The notes beneath the pieces were generated by a model, which was not told where the DNA came from, searched no databases, and saw only the letters and a list, made by a program, of their open reading frames with translations. From positions 20,998,645 to 21,062,644 of the forward strand of contig CM119264.1 in the NCBI GenBank assembly GCA_051294375.1: DNA of 64,000 nt, read 5' to 3'. This document shows positions 25,363-40,371 of this stretch, piece by piece. A program made the position numbers and the translations under genes. Source of the stretch: Paraspadella gotoi (Eukaryota; Animalia; Chaetognatha). Each line of letters begins with the position of its first letter. Position 1 is the first letter of the stretch.

Positions 25363-26814
25363 GTGTGCATTCATAGTAAGTTAAAAATTTAGATATGGCT
25401 TCTCATCTTGAAATAGCTTTGATATTTTCTTATTACATTTGGATTTAAGTATTTTTTGTTTGAATTTCCACTTCATTATGATTTACTGCAATATGCAAAT
25501 GAGATTATAGTACTCATTATCATATCCAAATTAGTATATAGAAATGCTTTAATCTAATTACATATTGGAGTATATAATATTGAAGATGAAACTCAAAAAT
25601 TTTTTTTTAAATCTCTAATAAAAATGGGAACTCAAAATAACTTTTTAATGAGAAGCTATATCTTAATTTAATACAAATAAAAATAAAATTTTAAAATTGA
25701 GAAAAATTTCAAATTGTAAACCATTGTAACATTTTTTGCCTTTCTTTTATTTCTTTATTTCTTTTATTCTTTTATTTCAGAAAAAACGAGTTCAGTTTCT
25801 GCACTGACTGTACAGCGGCCTTCAAGCAGCTGTCCAGCTTTGTCTCTCTTTCTCTCTCTCTCTCTCTTCTCTTTCTGTCTCTTTCTCTCTTACGATCTCT
25901 TGCGTTATTGTTATTTTTTTGAAAAATTATGATTATGTTTTCTTTCTAAAAACTTTTATCTCGGGGCTTTTTTCTCAATACAAAATCCCAATTTACATCC
26001 GAGATTTTCGTGGATACATTTTAAAAAAAGTGAAGAATAACTTATATTGACATGCATTGTCACATGTAAATCAGCTAATGTGACTTATTATATATGCAGC
26101 ACTTGACCGAACAATATTTTTTTTTTTCTCTGCAATGTAAATCTGTATTAAATATGCATTACATTTAAAAAAATAAATTTGTATTTATTTATTATTGTAA
26201 CTTTGAACTGGTTGGCCCACTATTGGCAAATATATCTAAAATAGGAGTTGATAAGAGAGATATAGTCAAATTAAACATTACTTTTTTGTTATTCTGATAA
26301 TTATATTATTATTAAATTTATAAAATATGTTTAGTGTATATATTTAATCATTTTTATCTTTTTTTAAATAATAATTATTTGAGTTGTGATAACTATTTAT
26401 AAATTAATTAAATATGCAAATATAAAATTTGACCTCGGTCTGGTTTCTTCCTAAAAAAGAACAATCAAAAATTTCATTCAAGATTAAAATTTTTTAAAAT
26501 GAGGAAATAAAATTTTTTTTAAAGTAAAAAAATATTTGGAAGTCAAAAATATCATAGTCGTTAACTGAGTATTTTCAACTATATATTTTGTTAATAGGGA
26601 TTATAATTTTTGGATCATTATTATTGAAAAGAGTTTAGTTTTTTTCTTCTGAATAGGGGTAGCCCCTCTCAATGGGGTGAATCAAAAATTTAGTATGGGA
26701 ACATGCTCAACGAAAATTTATGCATTTTTAAGTTTACTTTCAATGTACAAAAAAATTTCTTATATGGCTCTATACCCAAATATTATTTTGTAATATTTTG
26801 TTTATAGAAAGGAA

Positions 26815-26906
26815 AAGAGTTCGTCCCTACTCATATTCGTCGGAAAATGAGTTCAGCTCTGCAGCGGCGGTCCAGCGGCGGTCCAGCTTTCTCTCTTTCT
26901 TTCTCT

Positions 26907-26969
<63 letters not shown>

Positions 26970-27146
26970 TTTTTTTTCCTTCTAAAAACTTTTATTATCG
27001 CCATTTATTCCGCGCTTTTTTCTCAATACAAAATCCCAATTTACATCCGAGATTTTCGTGGATTTTTTCCCCTAAAAATTCTGATTATTCTTTATATAAA
27101 CGAGAGAGACCTAATAATGCGTTTCGTTGGCGGGAAAACTGTCCAG

Positions 27147-27202
<56 letters not shown>

Positions 27203-27447
27203 TTCACTCATACACGCATTGTTTGTTTTATTTTACGATGAATGATTCATCGCGTCAATGAATGACTATCATCGCATCAATGAATGACTATCATCATGGC
27301 TTGATCCTTATGCTTTTAAGATTTTATATAAAAAAAAACAGCGTGACGCCGACGACGACGACGACGACGACGACTACGTCACAAAGAAGCAACCCTAAAT
27401 TATTATAGAGCCTGAACCGGCTTCGCCGGTCATGGCTCGATAAAAAA
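26815..27447 (-). mobile_element. HINE-like family B copy with body modules
   Basis: Terminal hairpin at 27408-27442 and (GAC)n. Body modules are shared with 25785-26015, 37820-38060 and 38600-38950. Confidence 0.55.
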
Positions 27448-27874
27448 CATTTTTGTTTAATCCAAAAAACGCCCGAAACGAATAATGATTGCCACCGCCC
27501 ACTGCACTGGATAAAATTAAAGATAAACGAAAAATTATTTGTGAATAAAAGATAAAACCAGAGATAAAAAAATGACAAATCAAAACGAACTTTGATTTGA
27601 TTTCTATAAATATAAATAGAAAACGATGTTGATTAAATAATGAAACTATTATTCATACTAATGATTTCGTCCAGGGTCCAGGGCCGTTAAGCTCGTTCTC
27701 CTCATCTCTCTCTCTCTCTCTCTCTCCCTCACTTCTTTTTCATGCAGCGAGGCGTCCCCTTTAACCAGCATGTGTGTGTATCAGTTTTTATGCCTCATTA
27801 GAGCGGAAAAATGAAGGGCTGAAAAGATGGATGGAAAAACTAAAAAAAAAAGGAAAGGGTTTTGTGTGAAGGAG

Positions 27875-27914
<40 letters not shown>

Positions 27915-28489
27915 ACAGGGAGGTGAGAGAGGAGAGGAGGAGAGAGAGAGAAAGAGTTTAACAATAATAAAAGTAAACCCTTTTTTAGCGATAAATACAG
28001 GCGAGGACAATTGCTTAGTAAACGAAGAGGAACGTTTAAGAAGGCGGCTCGACTGTAAACACGATTGACGGGAGCGTAAAATGACCGCTCGACCAACACA
28101 CGCTTTCTTCATCTCATCATCATCATCATCATATCATCATCTCATCATCAATCATCCATCATCTTCATCATCATCATCTTCATTCATCATCATTATATCA
28201 TCATATCAGCATCTCATCATCATCTCTCTCATCATCATCATTCATCGATCATCATCTCATCATCAACAACAACAACAACAACAACAAGTTTATTCTAGTC
28301 ATTAACATAATTCTCACCACTCTGATAATCAAATTTATTCCTTCCATTAAAGTGCAGAAATTTTGTAATAAGATTTCTCATTATCATCGTATTACATCTC
28401 GTTAATAAACCGTTCATATACAAACATTACTTAACTTAACTTTCTCGTAATCCAATCATTCCCATCAGATAACGCACCTTTTATCCACT

Positions 28490-29335
28490 TTCGCTCCTCC
28501 TTTCTTCTCTCTTCCTTCCCTCCTCTTCCTTCTCTCTTCTTTCCTCCCTTTCTTCCTCTCTCCTTCCTCCCTTCTCGTCTCTCCTCCCTCCCTTTCTTCC
28601 TCGTCTCCTGCTTTCTTCTTCCCTCCCTCCTCTCTCCTTCCCTTCTTTATTTCTCTCTCCTTCCCTCCCTTTCTCTCACTCTCCTTCCCTTCCTTTCTTT
28701 CCTTCTCCTTCCTCCCTTTCTTCCTTCTCTATTCCCTCCCTTTTCCTCGCTCCGTTCCCTCCTTTCTTCTCTTCTGCTTCTCCTCCCTTCTCCTTTTTTC
28801 CTTCCCTTCCTTCTACTTCCTGTCTCCTTCCCTCCCTTCTTCTCGCTACTCTCTTCCCTCCTTTATATTTATCTTTCCTTCCCTCCTTTCTTCCTTTCTC
28901 CTTCTTTCCCTTTCTTCTCTCTGCCTTCCTCCTTTATTCTCTCTCCTTCCCTCCTTTCTCCTCTCTCCTTCCCTCCCTTTCTTCCTCACTTCTTCTCTGC
29001 CCTTTTTCTCTATCCTCCCTCCCTTTCTTCTTCCTCCCCTTTCTTCCTCTCTCCATCCTCTCTTTATTTCTCCTTCCTTCTCCCTTCTTCCTCTCTCTTC
29101 CTCTCCCTTTCTTCCTTTCTCTTCTCTCCCTTTCGTTCCTCATCCTGTGCGCTCCCTTTCTCCTCTCCCTTCCCTCCTTTATTTGCTCTCTCCTCTCCCT
29201 ACCTTTCTTCTCTATCGCCTTCCTTCCCTTTCTTCCTTCGTCTTCCTCCCTTTCTCCTCTCTCGCTTTCCTCCCTTTCTTCCTCTCTCCTTTCTTCTCCC
29301 CTTCTTCCTCTCTCCTTCCTACCTTTCCGCCTCCC
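28490..29335. repeat. Polypyrimidine low-complexity tract (~21-bp CTCTCCTTCCCTCCCTTTCTT-like unit)
   Basis: Almost pure C/T; a purine mirror copy lies at 32422-33210 and a noisier one at ~45650-46700. Confidence 0.9.
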
Positions 29336-30709
29336 TCCGTCATTCAACAAAGAGCATCGAAGATTTAGTCTTTCGACATATATATGTTTTATTCGGCATC
29401 CTTTGATCTCAAAGCTCTTTCTTACTCTCCCTGCAGGAAATTCCGAGCACGGCCTCGTTGCCATTGTCCGTCGTCGTCGGTCGTCGTCGAGCCAGTCTTT
29501 ATTTCATTGTGTCATCGCCGATTTGAGAACTCGCGGCGCAACCGTTCGTTCTCGCGAGCCTGCGCGAATCGATTTTTTCGCGCGGTCGTCGTTATAGTCC
29601 GTCGAACAGTCACGCTCCGTCGTCGTCATTCGTAGCCTCGCACTGTCGTCTTTCTTCGCGCTTGTATTACGTCGTAACTTCTTTATTTATAGAGGTCAAG
29701 GTCGCAATTGATTGTGCTTTCGTATTTGATTATCAAAAGTGAACGATTCGTCAACGGTCGACGTCGTCTTCGTGTCGTGGACGTCCGTTCGTCGTCGTCC
29801 GTAGCCTGTTTTCTCTTTGTTTTGATCATCCATCGCTCTCATTTCGTCTTCGGATTGCGAAGTTGATACTTACGATTATTGTTCTACCCTTTTTATTCGT
29901 TTAGAGGACATAAAAAGAGTTTTTCCCTCTGAAGTGTTCGTTTTTAAAGAGGTCTTTGATTCCTCCGATTTAGTTTTTTTTTTTTTTAATATTAAGATTT
30001 TTAATAATAAATAAAATAAAATAAATATTAAAATTTGATGATAAAAAACTGTTCATCGGTTATTGGAGTAACAGGTTTGCGCGAACAAATTTAATGGCTG
30101 CACGTACGTCGTGTCTTTTAGCAACGATAATCTAATTCTAGTTACCATCTGTTGTTTGATCTCTTAGTTAGTTAATGATAGCTTCTATTTTTAAAAACGG
30201 GTGTTAGTTATCTCTTTTATCACTTGAACTTCCCAGGTAAATTTCTATGAGTTAAAAACACCGTAAGACATGATTTCTTCAATGATTGTTTATCTAATCT
30301 CAATTAACTGCGTAATTTTAGGTGTAAGATGTTCAAATTTTTATCGGTATAAATAAATTTTTAAAGATCGAATTCCTCATAAAAATCTTCACGTCTTTTT
30401 ACCTACATAAACAGATTTAGGTAAGAACGCCACATTATCTGATACAATTTATTTTTCTCTCATAGCTTTCCCTGATTCTTTTTCTTCACTTCTTTTCTTC
30501 TCTTTCTTTGTAAATTTCCTCTTCCTCTTTCCTCCCTTACTGCTCAATCTGTCACTTACCATTTTTCGGCCCTCTTTTCTGCCACTCATGCATTTTCCTT
30601 ACCATTTTTTTCTCTCCTTCTCTCTTTCCCTTTCTTTTCCCCTCTTTTCTTTCCATTCCCCCTCATTCACTACCTTTATTTTGTCTCACTATTTTTTCCC
30701 CCATCCCTC

Positions 30710-31000
30710 CTGAACCGGCTTCGCCGGTCATGGCTCGATAAAAACATATTTGTTTAATCCAAAAACGCCCGAAACGAATAATGATTGCCCACCGCCCACT
30801 GCACTGGATAAAATTAAAGATAAACGAAAAATTATTTTGTGAATAAAAGATAAAAACCAGAGATAAAAAAATGACAAATCAAAACGAACTTTGATTTGAT
30901 TTCTATAAATATAATAGAAAACGATGTTGATTAAATAATGAAACTATTATTCATACTAATGATTTCGTCCAGGGTCCAGGGCGCGTTAAGCTCGTTCTCC

Positions 31001-31041
<41 letters not shown>

Positions 31042-31912
31042 TTCTTTTTCATGCAGCGAGGCCGTCCCCTTTAACCAGCATGTGTGTATCAGTTTTTATG
31101 CCTCATTAGAGCGGAAAAATAGAAGGGCTGAAAAGATGGATGGAAAAAACTAAAAAAAAAGGAAAGGNNNNNNNNNNNNNNNNNNNNNNNNNTTGTTGTG
31201 TGAAAGAGGAGAGAGAGAGAGATGGAGAGTGAAATATATGGAAGGAGAGGAGATAGGAGGGTGGGAGATGATAGAGAGAGATGATGTAAGAGAGAGAAGA
31301 GAGAAAGATGTTAACTAATTAAAGATAACCTTTTGTAGCATAAGATACAGCGAGACGAATGTAGTGAAAACGGAACGATGAAGTAAGGGCGCGTCGAGGT
31401 AATGACTGAGGTTGATCGCTGGAGAGATAAGAGTGAAAGCGCTTCGAGCCAGTACACCGGCTTCGTCGGATCTTCATGCTATCAGTCATCATCGACGTAT
31501 CGATCTCATTCATCTTCGATGCATGCATCATTCGTCGATTGATCATCTATTAGTCATCAAATCCGCCATAATCATCACATCGGCTATCGATCTGGTCCAC
31601 ATCTTCATCCTGGATTTCATTCACTCATCGAACAACACAACCCAACAACAACAAGTTAATTCTTAGTCTAACATAACCATTATCATCACTCACTATGATC
31701 AATTATTTATTCCTTCGCAAAAAGATCTCTCTCTTTTTAGAGAGAGAGAGAGAGAAAGAGTTAACAATAATAAAAGTAAACCCTTTTTAGCGATAAATAC
31801 AGGCGAGACAATGTTTAGTAAAACGAAAGAGGACGTTTAAGAAGGCGGCTCGACTGTAAACACGAGTTGACGGGAGACGATAAAAATGACGCTCGACCAA
31901 CACACGCTTTCG

Positions 31913-31947
<35 letters not shown>

Positions 31948-33471
31948 NNNNNNNNNNNNNNNNNNNNNNNNNNNNNNNNNNNNNNNNNNNNNNNNNNNNN
32001 NNNNNNNNNNNNNNNNNNNNNNNNNNNNNNNNNNNNNNNNNNNNNNNNNNNNNNNNNNNNNNNNNNNNNNNNNNNNNNNNNNNNNNNNNNNNNNTCATCA
32101 TCATCATCATCAACAACAACAACAACAACAACAAGTTTATTCTAGTCATTAACATAATTATTATCATCACCACTATGATAATCAAATTTTATTCCTTCGC
32201 AATAAAGTGCAAAATTTTGTAATAAATTTCTCATTATCATCGTAATTCATCATCGTTATAAAACCGTTCATTACGAACATTAACTAACTTAACTTCTCGT
32301 TAATCCAATCATTCCCATCAGTAACGCACCTTTTATCCACTTTCTCTCCCTTCCTTTCTTCCTCTCTCCTTCCCTCCCTTCCTTCCTCTCTTCTTCCCTC
32401 CCTTTCTTCCTCTCTCCTTCCAGGGAGGGAAAGGAGAAAGGAGAGAAGAGGGAAAGGGAAGGAATAGAGAAGAAGGTAGGGGAAGGAGAGAGAAATAAAA
32501 GGGAGGGAAGGGAGAGAGAAGAAAGGAGGAAGGAGAGAGGAAGAAAGGGAGAGAAGGAAAAGGAAGAAAGGAGGGAAGGAGAGAGGAAAGAAAAGGCGAA
32601 AGAAGGAGAGAGAAATAAAGAGAGGGATGAGAGAGGAAGAAAGAGAGCGGAAGAAGAAAGGGAGGAAGGATAGAGAAATAAAGGGAGAGAAGAAGTGAGG
32701 AGAAAGGGAGGGAAGGAGAGAGAAGAGGGAGGAGGGAAGGAGAGAGAATAAAGGGAGGGAAGGAGAGAGGAAGAAAGGGAAAGAAGGAGAAAGGAAGAAA
32801 GAGGGAGGGAAGGAAAGAAATAAATAAGGGAGAGGAAGGAGAGAGGAGAGAAAGGAGGCGAGGGAGGAAGAAAGGAAAGGGAAGGAGAAAAGAAGAAAGG
32901 GAGGGAAAGAAAGAGGAAGAAAGGGTAGGGGAAGGAGCGAGGAAGAAGAGGAGGGAAAAGAGGAAGAAGGGAAGGGAAGGAGAGAGGAAAGAAAGGAAGG
33001 GAAGGAGAGGTAGAAGAAAGGAGAGGGAAGGAGAGAGAAATAAAGAAGGGAAGGAGAGAGGAAGAGGAGGCGAAGAAGAAGGAAGGAGAGAGAGAAGAAA
33101 GGAGGGAAGGGAGAGACGAAGAAAGGAGGGAGGAGAAGGAAGAAAGGGAGGGAAAGAAGAGAGGAAGGAAGGGAGGAGGAGAGAGGAAGAAAGGAGAAAG
33201 GAGAAGAAAGTGGATAAAAGGTGGCGTACTGATGGGAATGATTGGATTAACGAGAAAGTTAAAGTTAGTTAATGTTCGTAATGAACGGTTTTATAACGAT
33301 GCATGAGTTACGATGATAATGAGAAATTTATTACAAAATTTTGCACTTTAATTGGCAGAAGGAATAAATTTGATTATCTAGTGTGGTGATGATAATATTA
33401 TGTTAATACGATAGAATAAACTTGTTGTTGTTGCTTGGTGCTTGTTGATGTATGAATGATATCGGATGAAT

Positions 33472-33512
<41 letters not shown>

Positions 33513-34610
33513 AGGAATGATGCTGATATTGAGTGATAATAATGATGAATATGAAGAAGATGATGGATAGATGAATAGTGATATGATGATGAGATGATAG
33601 ATGATGTGATGATGATGATGATGATGAGATGATAGAGAGAGCAGTGTGTTGGCGAGCGTCATTTTTATCGTCTCCCGTCAACGTCGTGTTTACAGTCGAG
33701 CCGCTTCTTAAACGTCTCTTTCGTTTACTAAAGCAATTGTCTCGCGCTGTATTTATCGCTAAAAAAGGGTTTACTTTTATTATTGTTAAACTTCTTTCTC
33801 TCTCTCTCTCTCTCTCCTCTCTCCTCTCTCCTCTGCTCTCTCTCTCTCTCTCCTCTCTCTATCTCTCTCTCTCACTCATTACACCTCACAAACCCTTTCC
33901 TTTTTTTTAGTTTTTCCATCCATCTTTTCAGCCTTCTATTTTCTCGCTCTTAATGAGGCATAAAAACTGATACACAACATGCCTGGTTAAAGGGGACGGC
34001 CTCGCTGCATGAAAAAGAAGTGAGGGAGAGAGAGAGAGAGGAGAGAGAAGAGAGAGAGAGATGTAGCAGAACGGAGCTAACGCGCACCTGGACCCCATGA
34101 CAAATCATTAGTATGATAATAGTTTCCCATTATATTATCAACATCGGTTTTCGTATTATATATTATGGAAATCAAATCAAAGAGTTAACGTTTTGCATTG
34201 TCATTTTTTTTATCTCTGGTTTTATATACTTTTATTCACAATAATATATTTTCGAGTTATCTTCTTAATATTATTCCAGTGCAGTGGCGGGGGCTCAATC
34301 ATCTATTCAGTTTCGGAGCGTTTTGGATAAACAAAATGTTTTTATCGAGCCATGACCGGCGAAGGCCGGTTCAGCTCTAATAATAATTAGGGTTGCTGTC
34401 TTTGTGACGTAGCGTGCGTCGTCGGTCGTAGTCGTCGTCGCGTCAACGCATGTTTTTTTTATAATAAATCGTTAAAAAGGCATAAGAGATCAAGCATGAT
34501 GATAGTGTCTTCATATTGATAGGCCGATGATAGATTAATCATCATTGACGCGATGAATCATTCATCGTAAAATAAAACAAACAATGGTGTATATGAAATT
34601 GAGAAGAGGC

Positions 34611-34643
<33 letters not shown>

Positions 34644-34950
34644 TAGAGGAAGAGAGAGGCCTGCGGACAAGTTTTCCCCGCCAACAGAAACCGCATTATT
34701 AGGTCTCTACGTCGCGTTTATGATAAAGAATAATCAGAATTTTTAGGGAAGAAAATCCGAAACTGAAAATCTCGGATGTAAATTGGGATTTATTGTAATT
34801 GGAGAAAAAAAAGCGCGGAATAAATGGGCGATACATAAAAGTTTCTTAGAAGAAAAAAAGAGAGAAAGAGAGAGAAGAGAAGAGAGAGAGTAGAGAGAGA
34901 GAGAGAGAGAGAAGAGAAAAAGAAAGAGAGACGAAGCTTGGACCGCCGCA
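30710..34950. repeat. Redundant direct and inverted copies of the 26.9-29 kb locus
   Basis: 30710-31167 repeats 27411-27858. 31193-32421 repeats 27860-28560 twice with noise. 32422-34950 is an indel-rich reverse complement of ~26870-29300. Confidence 0.85.
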
Positions 34951-36056
34951 CAGAGGCTTTCGAACCTATAATAGCACACTTACCCCTCGCAAAATTCCAT
35001 AACATCACTCATTCGCCATGCCATATCAAGTGATACCCACAGAGGCCTCGAATATAAGCACCCACCCTGCAAAATTCAACCTAACTCCTCATTCGCCCCT
35101 GCAATCAAAGTATAGCCAACAGAAGGCTCGAATTATACAGCAAGCCAACCGCTAGCGAAAAATTCCCCCTAAACTCCTCATTTCGCCATGCTTCAATCAA
35201 ATAATAGACACAGAGGCTCGAATTATATAGCACCTACCAACTGCAAATTTCCATAACTCCTCATTCGCTCTGCCAATCACGTATACACAGAGGCTCGAAA
35301 TTATAACAGCACCAATTTTACCCTAATCTCCTCATTCGCCCTGCCACAATCAAGGATAAACAGAGGCTCGAATTATAAGCACCACCACTGCCAAATTCCC
35401 TAAACTCCCTTCCGCCCTGCAATCAGTATAACACACAGAAGGCTCGAATTAATAAGCACCACCCTGCAAAATTCCAACATCCTCATATCGCACCTGACCA
35501 ATCAAGTATACACAGAGGCTCGGAATTAATAGCCACCACCACGCTGCCAAAATTCCCTAAACTCCTCCATCTCGCCCTGCAATCAGTCAATACACAAGAG
35601 GCTCGAATTATAAGCACCAGCCTGCAACAAATTTCCTAACATACCCTCATCGTCGCCCCTGCCAATAACAGTATACCACAGAGGCTCCGAATTAATAAGC
35701 ACCACCACCTGCAAAATTCCCTAACACCCATCCTCCATTCCGCCTGAGCATGCCAAATTCAAGTATACACAGAGAGCTCGGAATTATAAGGCACCACCCA
35801 AACACTAGCAAAATTACCCTAACTCTCTCATCGCCACCTGGACAATCAAGTATAACACAGAGGCTCAATTATAAGCAAACATCACCCTAGCAAAATTCCC
35901 TACAACTCTCCCATTGCCCATGCCAATCAAGTATAACACAGAGGACTACAGCAATTATAAGCCACCACCACGCTGGGCAAAAATTTCCCCATAACCCTCC
36001 TACATATCGCGTACCTGCAATCAAGTATAACACAGAGGGCTCAATTACATAAGCAC
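34950..36056. repeat. ~70-bp tandem satellite (CACAGAGGCTCGAATTATAAGCACCACCCTGCAAAATTCCCTAACTCCTCATTCGCCCTGCAATCAAGTATA)
   Basis: About 15 head-to-tail units differing mostly by A/C insertions; the array runs into a 25-N gap. Confidence 0.9.
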
Positions 36057-36081
36057 NNNNNNNNNNNNNNNNNNNNNNNNN

Positions 36082-37207
36082 TCTTCCTCTCTCCTTCCCT
36101 CCCTTTCTTCCTCTCTCCTTCTCTCCCTTTCTTCCTCTCTCCTTTCCTACCTTTCCGCCTTCCCTCCGTCATTCAACAAAAGAGCATCGAAGATTTAGTC
36201 TTCGAATATATATGTTTTATTCGGATCCATTTGATCTCAAAGCTCTTTCTCTACTCTCACCTCAGCAGGCAAATTCCGAGCACGCCTCGTTGCCATTGTC
36301 GTCGTCGTCGTCGTCGTCGACTTCCAAGTACTTTATTTCATTGTGATCATCGCCGATGTTGAGAACTCGCGGGCAAAACGTTCGTTCATCGCGATCCTGC
36401 GAATCGATTTTCGCGCGGCGTCGTTATAGTCGTCGACAGTCACGCTCCGTCGTCGTCATTCGTACCGTCACTGTCGTCTTTTCTTCGCGCTTGTAATTAC
36501 GGTAAACTTCTTTTATTATAAGAGGTCAAGGTCGCAATTATTGTCGCTTCGTATTCATGATTATCAAGTAACGTATTCATCAACGTCGACGTCGTCACTA
36601 TCGTCGTCGTGGACGTCGTCGTCGTCGTCGTAGCCGTTTTCTCTATTGTTTTGATCATCATCGCTCTCATCGTTCTTCGGGATTGCGAAGTTGATACTTA
36701 CGATTATTGTTCATACCCTTTTTATTCGTTAGAGGACATAAAAAGAGTTTTCCTCTAAAGTGTACGTTTATAAAGAAGCGTTCTTTGATTCCTCCCGATT
36801 AGTTTTTTTTTTTTTAATAAATTCAGATTTTAAAATAAAATAAAATAAAATAAAATAAATTAAATTGATGATAAAAACTTCATCGATTATTGAGCTAAAC
36901 AGTTTGCGACGAACAATATTAATGGCTCCACGTACGATCGATGTCTTTTAGACAACGAAATCTAACTTCAATAATTACCATCTTTCTTGATCTCATTAGT
37001 TAGTATGAAGCTTACTTCATTTAAAAAAACGGTAGTCTCAAGTTATCTCCTTCTTATCACTTAGAACTTCCCAGGTAAATTTCTATGAGTTAAAAACACG
37101 GTAAGACATGATTTCTTCAATGATTGTTTATCTAATCTCATTAACTGCGTAATTTTAGGTGTAAGTATGTTCAAATTTTTATGGTATAAATAATTTTTAA
37201 AGATCGA
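36082..37207 (+). repeat. Direct duplicate of 29250-30377
   Basis: Colinear match with scattered indels. Confidence 0.85.
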
Positions 37208-40200
37208 ATTCCTTAATTAAATGAATGGATAATTTTTAATATTGGTTGTACCAATTCATAAAATTCAGCTCCTTGTATTTTGATGCTAGTGCGGAGTACA
37301 ATAAGTATTCCCCGATCGTAATAACTTAAGGGGAGGAGAACAATTCGTTAATTCGTATAGTTTGCATGGAAAACCTTGTCCCCTTAACAAATATGTATCC
37401 GAAAAGTTTAGAGCACGAACTGTACAGGTGGATAGAAATCGAAAAAAACATTTTGAAAAAAATAATATGACTGCACTTCGATTTTAACAGTATAGTTTCC
37501 ACTACCATACAGTGATGAGAAATGTTAATGACGTCAAATCAGTGAAACTTATTTATGTTTAAAAATAACTTACCGTATTTTTTTCCTAAGAAAAAAAATC
37601 ATAAAAGAAAAGGACGAGCTGCCTTCAATGACAAACCAAAATATTGATGCGAGATAACCAAATATTGATGCGATGATAACAAAGGATTGATGCGATGATG
37701 AACAAAATATTGAATGCGATGATAACAAAATATTGAATGCAATGATAAACAAATATTGATGCGAATGATAACCAATGATGATGCTATGATAGCATTCATT
37801 GAAGCGATGAATCATTTATCATAAATAAAACAAACAAATGCGTGTATGAAGTGAAAGAGAGAGAGAGAAAGAGAGAAATAAAGAGAGAGAGTGGGGATTT
37901 TGTATTGAGAAACAAGCGCGGAATAAATGGCGATAATAAGTTTTTAAGAAAGGAAAAAAATAATCACGCAAAGAGATTGTACAGAGAGAGAGAGAGAACA
38001 AAAGAGAGAGAGGAGAGAGAGAGAGAAAGAAGCGGAGAGACGCTGCAGAGCCGAACAATTTAAAAAAATGTTTTTGTAAAAAAAAAAGAGAGAGAGAGAG
38101 AGAGACAGAGAAAGAGAAAGAGAAGAGAGAGAGAGCCGAACTCGTTTAACTCGTTGAAGTTGTTTTTCGCTTCACGCCCGGAGTCGCGCGTTCGAGACGG
38201 TTGCCAGTCCTTGAAGTTTGAACGAGGGAAATTTCGAACTGAATGTTTCGCTGAATCTCGAGATAAATCATGAATAAAAAGTCACGATGAATAAGCAGAA
38301 AGAGAGAAACTTATTGTAGCAGAAAAATCCGTAAAACCAATATTCGTGAACGGGCAAAAACGTTCAAATGGTGAGTCTTAAACAGAACTACCAAAGAACG
38401 TCTCTCTCTCTCTCTCTCACAAAATGACCAACGGCCATGCAAAACCTCTAAAATAACTCAGAATACGTGAGTGAAGAGAGATAGAGAGAGAGAGAGAGAA
38501 AATATAGGGTAAATGCAATAACATTTATCAAACCTAGTGACGTGGGTAAAAAAAAAGGAATACAAATTTTTTTTTTGTAAAAAAAAAGAAGATAGAGAGA
38601 GAGTTTTACCGCCAACGGAGAACGCATAATTAGGATCACTCTCGTTTATAATCGTTATCCGTTGCCTCGCAACGGCTGCGTGGATCTCGTCAAGTTTGAT
38701 TTTTTTTCATACACATGATATGTCCGTTGCCATCAAAACGCGTTATTAGGTTCATGTTCCTCGCACATTGTTTTACTCGTTGCCCCGCACGGCACGAAAT
38801 GTCAGGTCAAGTAAGTTATTCTTCACATTTTCTCAAAAAAATCCACGAAAATCTCAGATGTAAATTTGGGATTTTGTATTGAAAAAAACGAACCGATCAC
38901 GCAAGAGATGTCCAGAGAGAGAGAGAAAGACACAGAGAGACACAGAGAGACCAAAGCAATTTCAAATCATTTTTTTAATTTAAATAATCAAAAACCTATT
39001 AATAATAGTACTGGGGATTATATTAACAAACCAAATAAGCAGTATTAAAGATTTCTGGCAATCTCTGAACCTAAAAAGTCCTAAACAAAAAAGAGACACT
39101 GAAAAAAGTACACTAATTTTAAATATGTTTTTCTAATCCCCCTATTACTAGATTGGATATTTATTTATAAACAACATTTACATCGGTCAAGTTACACATT
39201 GCAACATTGCGCATGGACTGTCACTGTTCATGATGTTGCTGTCGTCGATGGTGCATACTAAAATTGATAATGTAATATAGGGCAATATTTTCTAACATTT
39301 TTACCTAACAACAAATTTTATTTATGTTTTATTATATGTTTACTTTATAATGGTTATAATATGCATTTATAATACTTGGATAAAAATAACCAATAAAATC
39401 TAAAATCCGCTTCAATAGGAGGAAGCATCAGGGAGCAAGGAGGAATCGTCTGCTGAGATAGCTCAAATTAAAATGCGCAAATGTAATCTTGAATTTTTGT
39501 TTGTCTTTTCTTAAAATAATCTGGATAAATTATAAAATTTGTTCATCTAGCTGTTAAAATATTGTTTCAATTTCACTAAAGATTTTTTAATAAATGAAAA
39601 ACAAAGTTTTATTAGTTTCCAACGGGAATTTTTCGTTGAAAAATACTAATAAACTTTGTTTTTCTCTAAAAATCATTGTACAACGAAAAGAAGGATTATC
39701 ATATAAAGATTAAATGAAAATATTAATCTCGTTTGCCAAAACTGGCAATTACTGGGATAATCATTTATAGAAACCAAAGTAGTAGAACTTAAACTTTGAC
39801 TGTGATTCCATAAGCCTCAATGATGAGGAAGATTAAACTTTGAGCTTTCTACGTAAAACTTAATCTGAGAAAAAATATAAAAAAGTTTTTTGCTTCTGTT
39901 TCATTTCTTTCTTTCATTCAAATTAAAAGAAATATGATGTTTGTGTCCCCGTTTTGACGGGAACCCTTTTTTGAAGGCAGAGAACGGAGGTGAAAACTCG
40001 GAAATCTTCCTTCAGGACACACAGGAAAAAGCGCGTAATACTGCCTAAATCAATAATAATCAAAATTAATCAATCAATCAATCAATAATTTTATTCAATC
40101 AGCATCGGTGTTTATCATTGGTCGTCGTCGCAAAGTGTCGTTATTTTTTTCTTGATGAATAGGCCAAAATGCAGATCTGATCAAATTAACCAGTGGCGGG

Positions 40201-40371
40201 CAGCCAAAACATGTAAATCGTGTTCAAGGCCTTAAACTAACTGTGACTGTAGTACAAATTAATATGTTTTTTTAACTTGCATCATTCTTTTTACTATATC
40301 ATTTTTTTTTAACTTTCATACTTTTTTCAACTTTTTCATTTTTTCAAACAGCTTTTTCAAATCTTTTTTAT

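Noticed and set aside
34950-36056. CRISPR-like appearance of the regular repeat
   Set aside because: The whole unit repeats, there are no unique spacers and no cas genes, and the context is eukaryotic.
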